A stretch of 64,000 nucleotides of DNA from Christensenella sp. UBA3217 (GTDB lineage: Bacteria; Bacillota; Clostridia; Christensenellales; CAG-1252), in assembly GCA_002363545.1 (NCBI GenBank), contig DEWF01000001.1, forward strand, positions 106,880 through 170,879, given 5' to 3'. Positions 36,091-46,105 of this stretch are shown here, piece by piece. A model generated the notes under the pieces. That model was given only the letters and a program-made list of their open reading frames with translations. It was not told where the DNA came from and made no database searches. A program made the translations under genes and the position numbers. Numbering within the stretch: position 1 is the first letter of the stretch; each line of letters opens with the position of its first letter.

Positions 36091-39000
36091 ATGAAAAAAG
36101 CAAAACTGTTTCTTTCGGTTTTTTTGATCGTTGTTTTGGCAGTTGTCTGTCTATATGCCTGTTCGGAAGGTGGTACGGAGAGTGTTGCTCCCGTTTCTAT
36201 CGTTGCGGAAGAAAACGGGATCTCTTTTTCGCATGAAACCTACGATACTTTTTATTACGTTTTGGATGATGGGGAAGAGAAAGAGGTTGATGGCTCAGCG
36301 TCTTTGCGCTATTCCACCACTGCAGGCGCTCATACCATTAAAGTTTACGTAAAGGATAGTTCCGGTAAGGAAGCAGGAGTTGCGGAATATGCATATACCA
36401 CGGTTAAAATTGCATTGACGTTAAACCCTCTTTCGGGTAAGACGGTTTCTTGGACGGCTATTGCCAAAGAGGTTTCCGTGAAAGAATCGGGGGATTATGT
36501 GATCACTACCGAGAATTCTTATACGGCATCTTTGGATGGTGTGAAAGTGTTCGTTCGTGCCGTGGGTGGGTTTGACGCGGAAAATGCGGTTTATTACGCC
36601 GGCTCATCCATTACGCAGTCTGTCACCATTGCACCCAGCGTTTTGCCAACACTTGCCGCACCCACTTTGAAGTTTAACGATAACACCATTACCTGGACCA
36701 CAAATACAAAAGCAAGCGGCTATGCGGTATCTTATGATGCCGGTGAATATACCCTTCTTACCAAAAACAGTGATAAAAAATATGATCCGCTATTGCTCTC
36801 CGATGTAATTGGTCCACACAGTATTGCGTTAAAAGCAGTAGGGGATCACACCAATTATGATGACAGTCCTGCTGCCGTTTATCAATATCAAACGGTGGCT
36901 ACTACTCTTAGCGCCATCAAGACAGCTTCGGATCAAGCAACGGTCACATCGGTGGCACCCGTCTATTTTACTGCCGATAATGACGCCTACATTCCTCTTG
37001 AAGGTTCGTTGTATACGGCACCCGAAAGTTGCACAATCTCCTTTGTCGCTTACGGTTTGGATAAGCAAAATGATATCAATTACGTGGTTGGTGACGTGGC
37101 AACCATCACTTTTGTGACCACGGCAATACGCGATAACGTAATTGAGGATGGGGCGGACGGCTTTGCCGAGCGCTGGTCCGCGGATAAATTCGGTTCTACC
37201 GCATGGGAAAGCACTTCGGCGCACCTTTCTTTGGGAAAGAGATATGATCGTTCCGATGCACTTGTTATGAATGCCTGGAATAACAACGTGGCATATCGTT
37301 TTTCCACATTGCTTAACTTAACGCAGGGATATGATTCCCTCTCTTTCTATTACAAAGGGGATGGGATCTCCCGTTTGACTTTAACGCTTGCGGATGACGA
37401 CACGGGTTATGCCATTCGCCGAGATCTTGGCGTGTTGCCGGCCTATTGGGTGAAGGTAACTTTGCGATTGGATGATCCCGATTGGACGCTCAATAACGGC
37501 TTTTCTCTTGCCGATCTTTGGGAAATGAGAACATCGGAAGAGGCGCAATCTTACGGGGTTCCCGATATTATAGCAACTGCTTTTGAGCTTTACGAGATTG
37601 TTCCTTTTCTTGATCGTTTGAGCTTTACCGTCACCGGAAACGATGAAATCGGTGACGACTGTAAGTTGTGCTTTGACGAATTGACTTTCTCTTACGATCC
37701 AGAGGCAAAAGAAGACGTGATGCAACCCATCACGATGGGTTCCTCTTACGTTGCATACGAAACTTTGCCCAACGAATCGAGAAACGAGTGGCTTCTCTTT
37801 TTGGAAGAAGAAAATACCTTCCGTTTATATTCTACCGCTTTGGAGAAAAACTGCATTTTGAACGGCTCATATTCTACGGACCTTGCTCGTGCGACTCTTC
37901 GTTTACAAGATGAGAACGGTTTGCAGATGGATCTTTCCTTTGAAGATAACGGCATGTCTGTGCGCGTGTTTGCGGTGACCGGTGAATATGCAGATCATTT
38001 GGATGCGCTTCTTTTCAAACAAACGGCGGATCTTACATTGGATTTTGAAGACGGGGAAGTGGGAGAAAGCTATCTTAACGAAGATTGGATCTCCTACTAT
38101 TACGTGGAAAACCAAGGGTGGAAAGTAAACGAATCTTCGCAGATCAATTGCCGTGAGAAAAACGCTTCTACCGTTATTAACTTTGCCACGGGTCAATATC
38201 TTACCAATCAATTCGTTTACCATGAGGAAGGTATGCCGTTTGGTCTTGCCAATTCGTTCTCGGTAGCGATCGGTAACTATTACACCGGGGCGCAACCCAT
38301 AGAGGTCAAATGGGTGGCCGTGGATGTTAACGGTGATCAGCACTATCTTTTAGGCAGTGAGAGCGCCTTTTACGTTTATCCCGTCACCGATAATCTTGAA
38401 ACCATCCAATATGAAACAAAAGATCCCATTTCTCCCGTGACATTCCTGTTTATTACGAGGTACCACGGTGATAACGAAGTGAGTTATTTGTATTTGGACG
38501 ATCTTACCGTGAGATATAAGGCAGATTCTTCCGTCTTCTCCGGTTATTCCGAACCGGAGATCGAAAAAGGGCGTTTTGCGCTCACCTTTACCCATGAAGA
38601 CGCCAACGCCATCATGGAGTATTCCGTAAATGACGGAGAATGGACGGAAGGCACCATTTATTCTATTCCTACCGTGGCAGGTAATTACGTGGTGCGTGTT
38701 CGCGGAAGAGTGGGGGCGGATGAAACGCTTACCAAAACAGCGTCTTATTCATTCAGGGTAGAGGACGTGTTCCTTTCTCCCATATCGGTAGCCATTGAAG
38801 GCGGGGTGCATACCGCCACCTGGACCACCAACGGTAAGATCTCCCGTAAGGTGGACTTAAAAACAGAGTCTGGCATTGTTCCCGGCACCTTTGAGGAAAC
38901 CGAAACCAATTCCTATTCTACCGAGCAAAACTCGGTTTTGACCGTGCGAGTGGAAGGCTACTACGACAGCGAGAACAACGTTTATTACGTGGGATCGCAG

Positions 39001-42000
39001 GAGCTTACCAAAAAGATCCTTGCCGGTGTGACAAAATCGGAAGATCCCGTGATCGTTCCCACGCAAGAGGGTATCACTTGGTCTGAGATAGAGGACGCTT
39101 CTTACGCCGTTTCCGTAAACGGAAGCGATGAAGTGATCCGCGCGGATAGGCTCTTCCCTTATGCTAAGGTGGAAGGGGAATACGTTTTGCGCGTCAGAAG
39201 CGTGATCTTGGATGATAATGGGGAAGTGATCGCGTACAGCAATTATGCGGAATTCCGCTATACGGTAAAACCCGTCACCCTCACCCTTAGCAAGGATAAG
39301 GCAACCGTGAGCTGGACGGCGCAAGCATATAGAGTATCTTTAACGGTTAATACCGTCACCTATGACGATTGGGCGGAAAACTACTATACCGCAACCGAAC
39401 TTGGCGGTCATTCGTTGTCTGTTGCGGCAAAAGCAGGCTATAAGGATGGCGTGTACTATTACTGCGAAAAGGACGTGGTTAGGGAAACCAGTGTAAAAGT
39501 TCGCAATCTTCCCGCACCTACCCTCTTTTTGAACAGCTCGGAAAACGGTCTGTATTGGGCGTTTGCTAATCAGGATAATTCGGATGATACCGTTGCCACT
39601 GTGGAAGATATGAACAGCGCGTTCCCCTTCCTTACGTATCAGATCTCGGTGAACGGGGGAGAGTGGTATGCTGCAAGCGAGTATCTTTTCCCGTCTGTGG
39701 CAGGGGATTACAGCGTGCGCGTAAAGACCATCGGAAACGAGGGGAATTATAAAGACAGCAAACCTTCCGATCCCTTTACCTTTACGGTTCGCGAGCTATC
39801 TCTTTCCGATATCAGCGTGGAAGAAAGCGAGATAGAAAGTGTAGCAACTTATACCTACACCGCATTGTATCTTTACAGAAAGGTGGGAGAGAAAGGAGCG
39901 GAAAGCCGTATTGAAGATACCACCTTTGTCACCAACGTGACCGCCACGCTTTTCTTGCGTGCAACGGGCGGTTTTGATAAGGTGAATAAGATCTTTTACT
40001 TTGGAGAAGAGATCAACAAGAATAAGACGGTCATCGTGCCCAAGTACCTGGCGGCTCCCGTGCTTAATAAAACCAAGGACGGCATTACGTGGTTGGGCGT
40101 GGAAAACGCCAATGCTTATTACGTAACGATAAACGACGTTCCCGTGGGCGTGCAACCGCAAACGGCCCTCTCTTTGACCTATGCAACCACTCCCGGGGAG
40201 TACCAAGTTTCGGTAAAAGCGGTCAATACGGGTGAATTTGAACACTTGCAGTACCCGGATAGTGCCTACGCGGAGTATACCTATCGCGTGATCCAAATCG
40301 GGCTCTCGGATTATAGGATCACCGGTGCTGTGGTCAGTTGGGAATTTGACGGCATTTTGTCCTTGTATGAAGCCGGTGACGAGGTGGTTGGGCATTCCGA
40401 GTTATACGAATACGCTCCCTATGATAGATCCTATTACATTAACGAAAGCGGTGATAATATCACCTTGTGTTTGCAGATCGAACCGGGGTTTGATGCGGAA
40501 AATGATATTCTATATATCGGAAGTACCATTTGGGTTGAACTCCCCGTTACGGAATCACAACTTTTTGCGCCCGAATTGCAGGTGGTAGAGGGCGGTTTGG
40601 AGTGGCAAGAGGATAAGAAAGCCACGGCTTTTGCTTATAAAGTGTTGGAAGGGGTTTATACGGATCAGCAGATCGAAACCGAAGCGGCGGATACCGTTGC
40701 GGAAAATTGGTCCTCTTATCTTCCCTCGGTAAGGCGTTATGAATTCAGTCATACCGCAGGCAACTACGTGTTTATCATCAAAACGATGGGCGACGGTTCC
40801 GCCATTAAGGACAGTGAACCTACCTATTGGCGCTACTCGGTGCAATACGTTTCTCTCTCGGAGATCACGGTAAACAACAAGGTTGCTTCTTGGACCAAGG
40901 TGGGTATTACGGAAAGAAGGATAGAAAGAATCGTAAACGGGTATCCCGAAACCATTCCTTTTGCCTTGATAACCGATACCTCCTATCAGGCGTCCGAAAC
41001 GCTTACGCTCACCATTCGATGTAAGAGTGGTTACGATGCGGAAAACAACGTTTACTATTACGGGGAAACCGTTGAAGAAAGCAAAGAAGTGGTGGTGCCC
41101 ACTCAGTTGGGAACGCCTGATCTTACCTTTGAAGCGGTAGGTATTCGCATCGGCAGGGTGCAAAATGCCGATTCGGTGCTTATTTCGGTAAATAACGGCG
41201 AGTATTTCGTGTTTACGGAATCTATTTATTCGCTTTCCGATACGGTGGGGGAATATACCGTAAAGGTACGCGCTTACAACAGCAAGGATACGAAAAACCA
41301 ATATCCTGCCAGCGAGGATGCGATCGTCACCTACCAAGTGAGGGAAGTTTGTATTCCCGAGATCACGGAAGAGGATGGTCGTGCGCTGTTTGAAAGCGCG
41401 CAGGGCGTCTTTTATGCAAAAGAAGAAGGCTGGACGGATTACGCAGAAACGGCTTTGACCGAAAAGGCTTATTCTCCCGAAAGCGGTAGTACCACCGTTT
41501 ATATTAAGGCTACCGCGGGCGTGGATACCGCCAATCGATTAAAATTCGTTGGCACGGATAAGGAAAACAGCAAGTACATCGTGGTACCTATCAAACTCAA
41601 TAGCCCGAGATTGGTGGAAGGTATTTCGGCATTGACCATACAAAAGGTGGATAATGCGGATAGTTATTTGGTATCCGTAGACGGTGGCGAGTACGTTTTG
41701 CAAACCCAGTTGTACGTTTCTTACCTTACTTCCGTTACGACAGGGGATGAAAAGCACACCATCTCCGTGAAAGCACATTCTACAGGCGATTCAAAGCAGT
41801 ATCCGGATAGTGATCCCGTGATGGTGGAATATAAAACGGTGGTTTGTTATTTAAGCAATTTGAAGGTGGAAAGCGGCACCACAAAGTTTACTTGGGAAGT
41901 GAACGCGCAATCGGTGAGGATCAGCGTGAATGGTGGAACGGCATATGCTTATACCGCCACTTCCTATACCGCCACAGCAGTAGGAAAGACCACCTTAAAA

Positions 42001-44088
42001 GTCACGGCATATACCGGATATTCTTCCGCTAACCATACCTATTATTATGCGGCGGATGCTTCTTTGTCTTTGAGCGCAAACGTGACCATCTCCAAGCTAT
42101 CCAAGCCTTCGCTCTCGGTTAGCAATAACCGCATCACCTGGTCTTCGGTGAGCCAAGCAACGGGCTATTCGGTAAAAACCAATTCGGCAAGTCCTGCTTC
42201 GCAAAGCAATACGTACACCAATCTTGCTTCGCAAGAGGGAAGTTATACCGTGGCTGTTAAAGCACTCGGAAACGGCTCCACACTTCTTGACAGCGATGAG
42301 GCAACCTATACCTATCAAGTAAAGATCGTTACCCTCTCCAATATTTCTGTGGTTGGTCCCAAGGCGTCATGGAGTGCGGTTGCGTATAAAACTTCTTACA
42401 GCGTGGACGGTTCGAGCAGTTATACTGTCACGACGGATACTTCCTATTCCTTTACCACAGAAGGTACTCATACCTTAAACGTGAAAGCAGAGGGCGGTTG
42501 GAATTCATCCGAGAAGATCTATTATTATACTTCTTCTCCCATTGTAAAATCCGCTACCGTAAAGGTTGCTACTCTTGCAAAACCCACTCTTACCGCGAAC
42601 AGTAAGGGGATCTCTTGGAATTCCGTAACCAACGCAACGGGGTATTCCGTTAAGATCGATAACGGCAGTTATACCACGCAGTCTGATAGAAGTGTATCCT
42701 TCTCCACTACCGTTGGCACTCATACCGTTTACGTTAAGGCGCTGGGCGCTACCGGATCGGCTTATGCGGATAGTGCAGCCGCAACCTTTACTTACGCCAC
42801 AAAACAAACGGCATTCTCCTTTATCAGTTCTTCCGGCACCATGGCAACTTGGAGCTATGCCGGCGTGTCTGCGCAGTATTCCACAGATGGTGGTAATAAT
42901 TACGTGAATACTCCCTACACGGGGTATACTGCCACAGCTAACGGAACGGTGAAATTCCGCGCAGTTGGCGGGTGGGATGCCGCCGCAAACGTCTATTATA
43001 ACGGTACCACTTCGGCGCAAAGCAAAACCTTCACTTTGCCCGGGCTTTGCATCAATAACAACTTTGAAAAGGGCATTGGTACTTGGTCAAAAGAGTATTA
43101 CAATACCAATTGGGCAACCGCTTCTACGGCTTCGGTTTCTGCCGCAACGGATGCTTACGGCGCTGGTCAGGCAGTAAAATTTCATTCCTTCCTTAACGGA
43201 ATGTCTTATCGCTTCGGCATTAGCTTTGGCGATCTTCCTTCCAGTTATAAATCGCTGAGTTTTGATATTAAACTGAACGCGTATTTGAATACGGGAACCA
43301 CCTTCCGTTTCCAGGATTCGGCAAGCGGTACTTACGTGGATTATAAAATAGATCACTTGTCCCTCACTGCAGGTGTTTGGTATCACGTGACGGTGGGATT
43401 TGAGGATGAAAACCTGATCATCAATTCCGGTAATAAAGAGTATACTGCACCCAAAGCAAAAAGCCTTTTGGGCGAAAAGTCTTTCTATGAAAAGATCAAA
43501 GCGCTTGATAAGATGTATGTGACCGTTAGAGGTAATCATGGGGAAGGGGCGGACGCATATACCTTCTTGGATAACTTGCAATTCTCCACCGCAACTTGTT
43601 CTTCTGCCAATGCGGTAAAGATCACCACGAAAGAAGTGGATTTCAATAATGGTTCAGCAAGCGGGTGGAAGCAGTATACGTATCAATCGAATACCTATGT
43701 GAGTGCAGGAAACGTTTCTATCGCAACCGCATCGGATAAAGACAGAGTGCTCAACCTTTGGACGGGCGGCAATACCTATAAGTTTACGTATAACGAGGGC
43801 GGGTCGAGTCTCGGCACGGTAAACCACCTCTCCATTGACCTTGGCGGTGATAGCGGTGATACGAGTTTGAAATATCGTATTGAGATCGTCACCAAGAGCG
43901 GCAGCACCATCTACGCCGCGGGTGGGGAAGACTTTATGGCATCGCTTTCTTCACCGGGCGGTATCTCTTCTCTCCAAACGGTGAACTTTAACTTTACGGC
44001 AACCGAGATCAAGAGTATAATTATTTACGCTACTTCTGCAAGCGGACACCTGTTTGTGGATAACTTGATCTTAACCAAACTATCATGA
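36091..44088 (+). CDS. Giant (2665-aa) surface lipoprotein: tandem Ig/Fn3-like two-part repeats plus four CBM-like modules
   Basis: One uninterrupted ORF. The signal/lipobox is MKKAKLFLSVFLIVVLAVVCLYAC/SEGG. CBM-like modules lie at about residues 346-535, 646-810, 2317-2500 and 2505-2665 (openings DFEDGEVGES, INNNFEKGIGTW and VDFNNGSASGW; closings CFDELTFSY, LYLDDLTVRY, TFLDNLQFS and LFVDNLILT). There is no LPXTG motif, C-terminal TM segment or SLH motif. Confidence 0.9.
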   Translation: MKKAKLFLSVFLIVVLAVVCLYACSEGGTESVAPVSIVAEENGISFSHETYDTFYYVLDDGEEKEVDGSASLRYSTTAGAHTIKVYVKDSSGKEAGVAEYAYTTVKIALTLNPLSGKTVSWTAIAKEVSVKESGDYVITTENSYTASLDGVKVFVRAVGGFDAENAVYYAGSSITQSVTIAPSVLPTLAAPTLKFNDNTITWTTNTKASGYAVSYDAGEYTLLTKNSDKKYDPLLLSDVIGPHSIALKAVGDHTNYDDSPAAVYQYQTVATTLSAIKTASDQATVTSVAPVYFTADNDAYIPLEGSLYTAPESCTISFVAYGLDKQNDINYVVGDVATITFVTTAIRDNVIEDGADGFAERWSADKFGSTAWESTSAHLSLGKRYDRSDALVMNAWNNNVAYRFSTLLNLTQGYDSLSFYYKGDGISRLTLTLADDDTGYAIRRDLGVLPAYWVKVTLRLDDPDWTLNNGFSLADLWEMRTSEEAQSYGVPDIIATAFELYEIVPFLDRLSFTVTGNDEIGDDCKLCFDELTFSYDPEAKEDVMQPITMGSSYVAYETLPNESRNEWLLFLEEENTFRLYSTALEKNCILNGSYSTDLARATLRLQDENGLQMDLSFEDNGMSVRVFAVTGEYADHLDALLFKQTADLTLDFEDGEVGESYLNEDWISYYYVENQGWKVNESSQINCREKNASTVINFATGQYLTNQFVYHEEGMPFGLANSFSVAIGNYYTGAQPIEVKWVAVDVNGDQHYLLGSESAFYVYPVTDNLETIQYETKDPISPVTFLFITRYHGDNEVSYLYLDDLTVRYKADSSVFSGYSEPEIEKGRFALTFTHEDANAIMEYSVNDGEWTEGTIYSIPTVAGNYVVRVRGRVGADETLTKTASYSFRVEDVFLSPISVAIEGGVHTATWTTNGKISRKVDLKTESGIVPGTFEETETNSYSTEQNSVLTVRVEGYYDSENNVYYVGSQELTKKILAGVTKSEDPVIVPTQEGITWSEIEDASYAVSVNGSDEVIRADRLFPYAKVEGEYVLRVRSVILDDNGEVIAYSNYAEFRYTVKPVTLTLSKDKATVSWTAQAYRVSLTVNTVTYDDWAENYYTATELGGHSLSVAAKAGYKDGVYYYCEKDVVRETSVKVRNLPAPTLFLNSSENGLYWAFANQDNSDDTVATVEDMNSAFPFLTYQISVNGGEWYAASEYLFPSVAGDYSVRVKTIGNEGNYKDSKPSDPFTFTVRELSLSDISVEESEIESVATYTYTALYLYRKVGEKGAESRIEDTTFVTNVTATLFLRATGGFDKVNKIFYFGEEINKNKTVIVPKYLAAPVLNKTKDGITWLGVENANAYYVTINDVPVGVQPQTALSLTYATTPGEYQVSVKAVNTGEFEHLQYPDSAYAEYTYRVIQIGLSDYRITGAVVSWEFDGILSLYEAGDEVVGHSELYEYAPYDRSYYINESGDNITLCLQIEPGFDAENDILYIGSTIWVELPVTESQLFAPELQVVEGGLEWQEDKKATAFAYKVLEGVYTDQQIETEAADTVAENWSSYLPSVRRYEFSHTAGNYVFIIKTMGDGSAIKDSEPTYWRYSVQYVSLSEITVNNKVASWTKVGITERRIERIVNGYPETIPFALITDTSYQASETLTLTIRCKSGYDAENNVYYYGETVEESKEVVVPTQLGTPDLTFEAVGIRIGRVQNADSVLISVNNGEYFVFTESIYSLSDTVGEYTVKVRAYNSKDTKNQYPASEDAIVTYQVREVCIPEITEEDGRALFESAQGVFYAKEEGWTDYAETALTEKAYSPESGSTTVYIKATAGVDTANRLKFVGTDKENSKYIVVPIKLNSPRLVEGISALTIQKVDNADSYLVSVDGGEYVLQTQLYVSYLTSVTTGDEKHTISVKAHSTGDSKQYPDSDPVMVEYKTVVCYLSNLKVESGTTKFTWEVNAQSVRISVNGGTAYAYTATSYTATAVGKTTLKVTAYTGYSSANHTYYYAADASLSLSANVTISKLSKPSLSVSNNRITWSSVSQATGYSVKTNSASPASQSNTYTNLASQEGSYTVAVKALGNGSTLLDSDEATYTYQVKIVTLSNISVVGPKASWSAVAYKTSYSVDGSSSYTVTTDTSYSFTTEGTHTLNVKAEGGWNSSEKIYYYTSSPIVKSATVKVATLAKPTLTANSKGISWNSVTNATGYSVKIDNGSYTTQSDRSVSFSTTVGTHTVYVKALGATGSAYADSAAATFTYATKQTAFSFISSSGTMATWSYAGVSAQYSTDGGNNYVNTPYTGYTATANGTVKFRAVGGWDAAANVYYNGTTSAQSKTFTLPGLCINNNFEKGIGTWSKEYYNTNWATASTASVSAATDAYGAGQAVKFHSFLNGMSYRFGISFGDLPSSYKSLSFDIKLNAYLNTGTTFRFQDSASGTYVDYKIDHLSLTAGVWYHVTVGFEDENLIINSGNKEYTAPKAKSLLGEKSFYEKIKALDKMYVTVRGNHGEGADAYTFLDNLQFSTATCSSANAVKITTKEVDFNNGSASGWKQYTYQSNTYVSAGNVSIATASDKDRVLNLWTGGNTYKFTYNEGGSSLGTVNHLSIDLGGDSGDTSLKYRIEIVTKSGSTIYAAGGEDFMASLSSPGGISSLQTVNFNFTATEIKSIIIYATSASGHLFVDNLILTKLS
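38533..43038 (+). repeat. Coding tandem array: nine copies of a ~165-aa two-part (A+B) module inside the giant gene
   Basis: B-part examples: PAPTLFLNSSENGLYWAF, AAPVLNKTKDGITWLGVENANAYYVTIND, SKPSLSVSNNRITWSSVSQATGYSVKTN and AKPTLTANSKGISWNSVTNATGYSVKIDNG. A-part examples: RVEGYYDSENNVYYVGS, RATGGFDKVNKIFYFGE, IEPGFDAENDILYIGS, CKSGYDAENNVYYYGE, KAEGGWNSSEKIYYYTS and RAVGGWDAAANVYYNGT. Confidence 0.8.
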
Positions 44089-44138
44089 CTTGATCCGCTA
44101 TAGCGGCTTGAATAAAACACGAAAAAGGAACTAGCATT

Positions 44139-45116
44139 ATGGCAAAAATCATCGGCGACAATCTCCCTAACATTCCCTGGCAAGACCCTACGGGCAACGA
44201 TCCTGTTTGGCGTTATTCCGCTAACCCCATCATCGATCGCAACCCCATCCCCAACGTCACTCGCGTATTCAACAGCGCGGTGGTTCCTTTTAAGGGGGGA
44301 TTTGCCGGTGTTTTCCGTGCGGAAACCAAAAACGGCATTCCTTATCTTTATTTTGGAAAAAGTGATGACGGTATCCATTTTACCTTTTCAAACGAGCGCA
44401 TCGTTTTCCACACGAAAGATGGCGACGCTTACAAGTTTGAGTACGCCTACGATCCGCGCGTTGTTAAGGTTGAGGACACCTATTATGTGATTTGGTGTGA
44501 CGGTCAGCACGGTTTGCCTGTGCTTGCACTTGGTAAAACCACGGACTTTGAACACTTTGACCTTGTTTCCCATCCGTTCTTGCCCTTTAACAGGAACGGG
44601 GTGCTTTTCCCCAAGAAGATCAACGGAAAGTTCTATCTGCTTTCTCGTCCCTCGGATAACGGACACACCCCCTTTGGTGATATTTATCTTTCGGAATCAC
44701 CCGATCTTGTGTATTGGGGCAATCATTCCCGTCTGATGGAGCGCGGCTATGAGTGGTGGCAGGGCTTAAAGATCGGGGCAGGGTGCGCGCCCATTGAAAC
44801 CAGCGAAGGTTGGCTTCTCTTCTACCACGGTGCCACCATGACTTGCAACGGCTACGTGTACAGCATGGGTGCCGTTTTGCTGGATAAAGAGGATCCCAGA
44901 AAGGTAAAGTACCGTTGCGGAAACTTTGTTCTCACGCCTGAAACGGAGTATGAAACGGTGGGCTTTGTACCCAACGTCATTTTCCCTTGCTCCGCTCTTA
45001 CGGACGCAGCAACCGGCAGAATTGCCATCTATTACGGTGGGGCAGATACTTACGTGGGACTTGCGTTCACGACTGTTGACAAAATAATAGATTATATAGT
45101 AAAATTTAAAAGATAG
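44139..45116 (+). CDS. GH130 family enzyme, beta-1,4-mannoside phosphorylase-like (GH130_1/2 type)
   Basis: 325 aa with the motifs RVFNSAVVPFKGGFAGVFRAE, YAYDPRVVKVEDTYYVIW (DPR catalytic-Asp motif) and NRNGVLFPKKINGKFYLLSRP. Confidence 0.85.
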   Translation: MAKIIGDNLPNIPWQDPTGNDPVWRYSANPIIDRNPIPNVTRVFNSAVVPFKGGFAGVFRAETKNGIPYLYFGKSDDGIHFTFSNERIVFHTKDGDAYKFEYAYDPRVVKVEDTYYVIWCDGQHGLPVLALGKTTDFEHFDLVSHPFLPFNRNGVLFPKKINGKFYLLSRPSDNGHTPFGDIYLSESPDLVYWGNHSRLMERGYEWWQGLKIGAGCAPIETSEGWLLFYHGATMTCNGYVYSMGAVLLDKEDPRKVKYRCGNFVLTPETEYETVGFVPNVIFPCSALTDAATGRIAIYYGGADTYVGLAFTTVDKIIDYIVKFKR

Positions 45117-45172
45117 GCCTGTTGTTCTTTGTAAAAGAACATTCAGGGACGTCATACGGATGGATAGTTTGG

Positions 45173-46105
45173 ATGAATAAACGGTTGATAATCAATAATA
45201 ACAGGCTTTTCAATGATTTCGGGGCAAAGGTAAATCGCTCGAAATATTTGATCTTGATGATCATACCCGCCATCATTTTTTACATAGTGTTTTGCTACTT
45301 GCCGATGTGCGGTATCTTGATCGCTTTTGAGAATTACTTCCCCAAAAAAGGTATCTTCGGCAGTAGTTTTGCCGATCACCACGGTTTTGGAAACTTTTAT
45401 AAGATCTTCCATGACGATGAGTTTTGGACGGTGTTGCGTAATACCGTTATCATTGGTGTGTCTAAATTGCTTATCAGCTTTGTGGCGGCAATTCTAATGG
45501 CGCTCATCATCAACGAGATCCGTTTGCGTTTTTTCAAAAAGACTTTCCAGACCATCGTCACCTTCCCGCACTTTCTTTCTTGGGTCATCGTGGCGGGTCT
45601 TGTTTTTAATATCTTCGGTGCGAACGGTGTTGTCACGAAGTCCATCAATACAACGCTTACGCAAGATAAGGACTTCTTCCTTGTTATCTTGTATGGCTCG
45701 GACATATGGAAGGAAGCGGGGTGGAGCAGTATCATTTATCTTGCCACCATGGCGGGTATTTCCCCCGAACTGTATGAAGCGGCTGATATTGACGGCGCAA
45801 CACGTTTACAGAAAATATGGCATATCACTTTGCCCGCTATCAAGCCTACCGCTATCTTGCTTTTGATCCTTTCTATGGGCGGCATTCTTTCCGCTGGGTT
45901 TGATCAAGTGTTTAACCTTTATACAAAACCCGTTTATGAAGTGGCGGATATTTTGGACACGTACATATACAGGACCACCTTGAAAACGGGCGCCAGACCG
46001 GGTATCGGCGCTGCGGTGGGTCTATTTAAATCCGTTGTATCCTTTATCCTCGTTATTATGGTGGATCGAATAGCAAAATTATGCGGTGAGAGAGGTATCA
46101 TATGA
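45173..46105 (+). CDS. ABC sugar transporter permease (LplB/MalF-like)
   Basis: The track ORF starts at 45122. I prefer ATG 45173 (MNKRLIINNN...), which gives a typical LplB-like N-terminus. The EAA-loop is EAADIDGATRLQKIWHITLP. Confidence 0.85.
   Translation: MNKRLIINNNRLFNDFGAKVNRSKYLILMIIPAIIFYIVFCYLPMCGILIAFENYFPKKGIFGSSFADHHGFGNFYKIFHDDEFWTVLRNTVIIGVSKLLISFVAAILMALIINEIRLRFFKKTFQTIVTFPHFLSWVIVAGLVFNIFGANGVVTKSINTTLTQDKDFFLVILYGSDIWKEAGWSSIIYLATMAGISPELYEAADIDGATRLQKIWHITLPAIKPTAILLLILSMGGILSAGFDQVFNLYTKPVYEVADILDTYIYRTTLKTGARPGIGAAVGLFKSVVSFILVIMVDRIAKLCGERGII

Noticed and set aside
36091-44088. The giant protein as an RTX/adhesin-type secreted toxin, an S-layer protein or a cellulosomal scaffoldin.
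   Set aside because: It has no Gly/Asp nonapeptide repeats, SLH motifs, cohesin/dockerin-like segments, LPXTG motif or type I secretion C-terminal signal. The genomic context is carbohydrate uptake.
44089-44138. A possible terminator (palindrome ccgctatagcgg, 44095-44106) between the giant gene and the first GH130.
   Set aside because: The stem is only 6 bp with no T-run and the gap is only 50 nt, so co-transcription is more likely.
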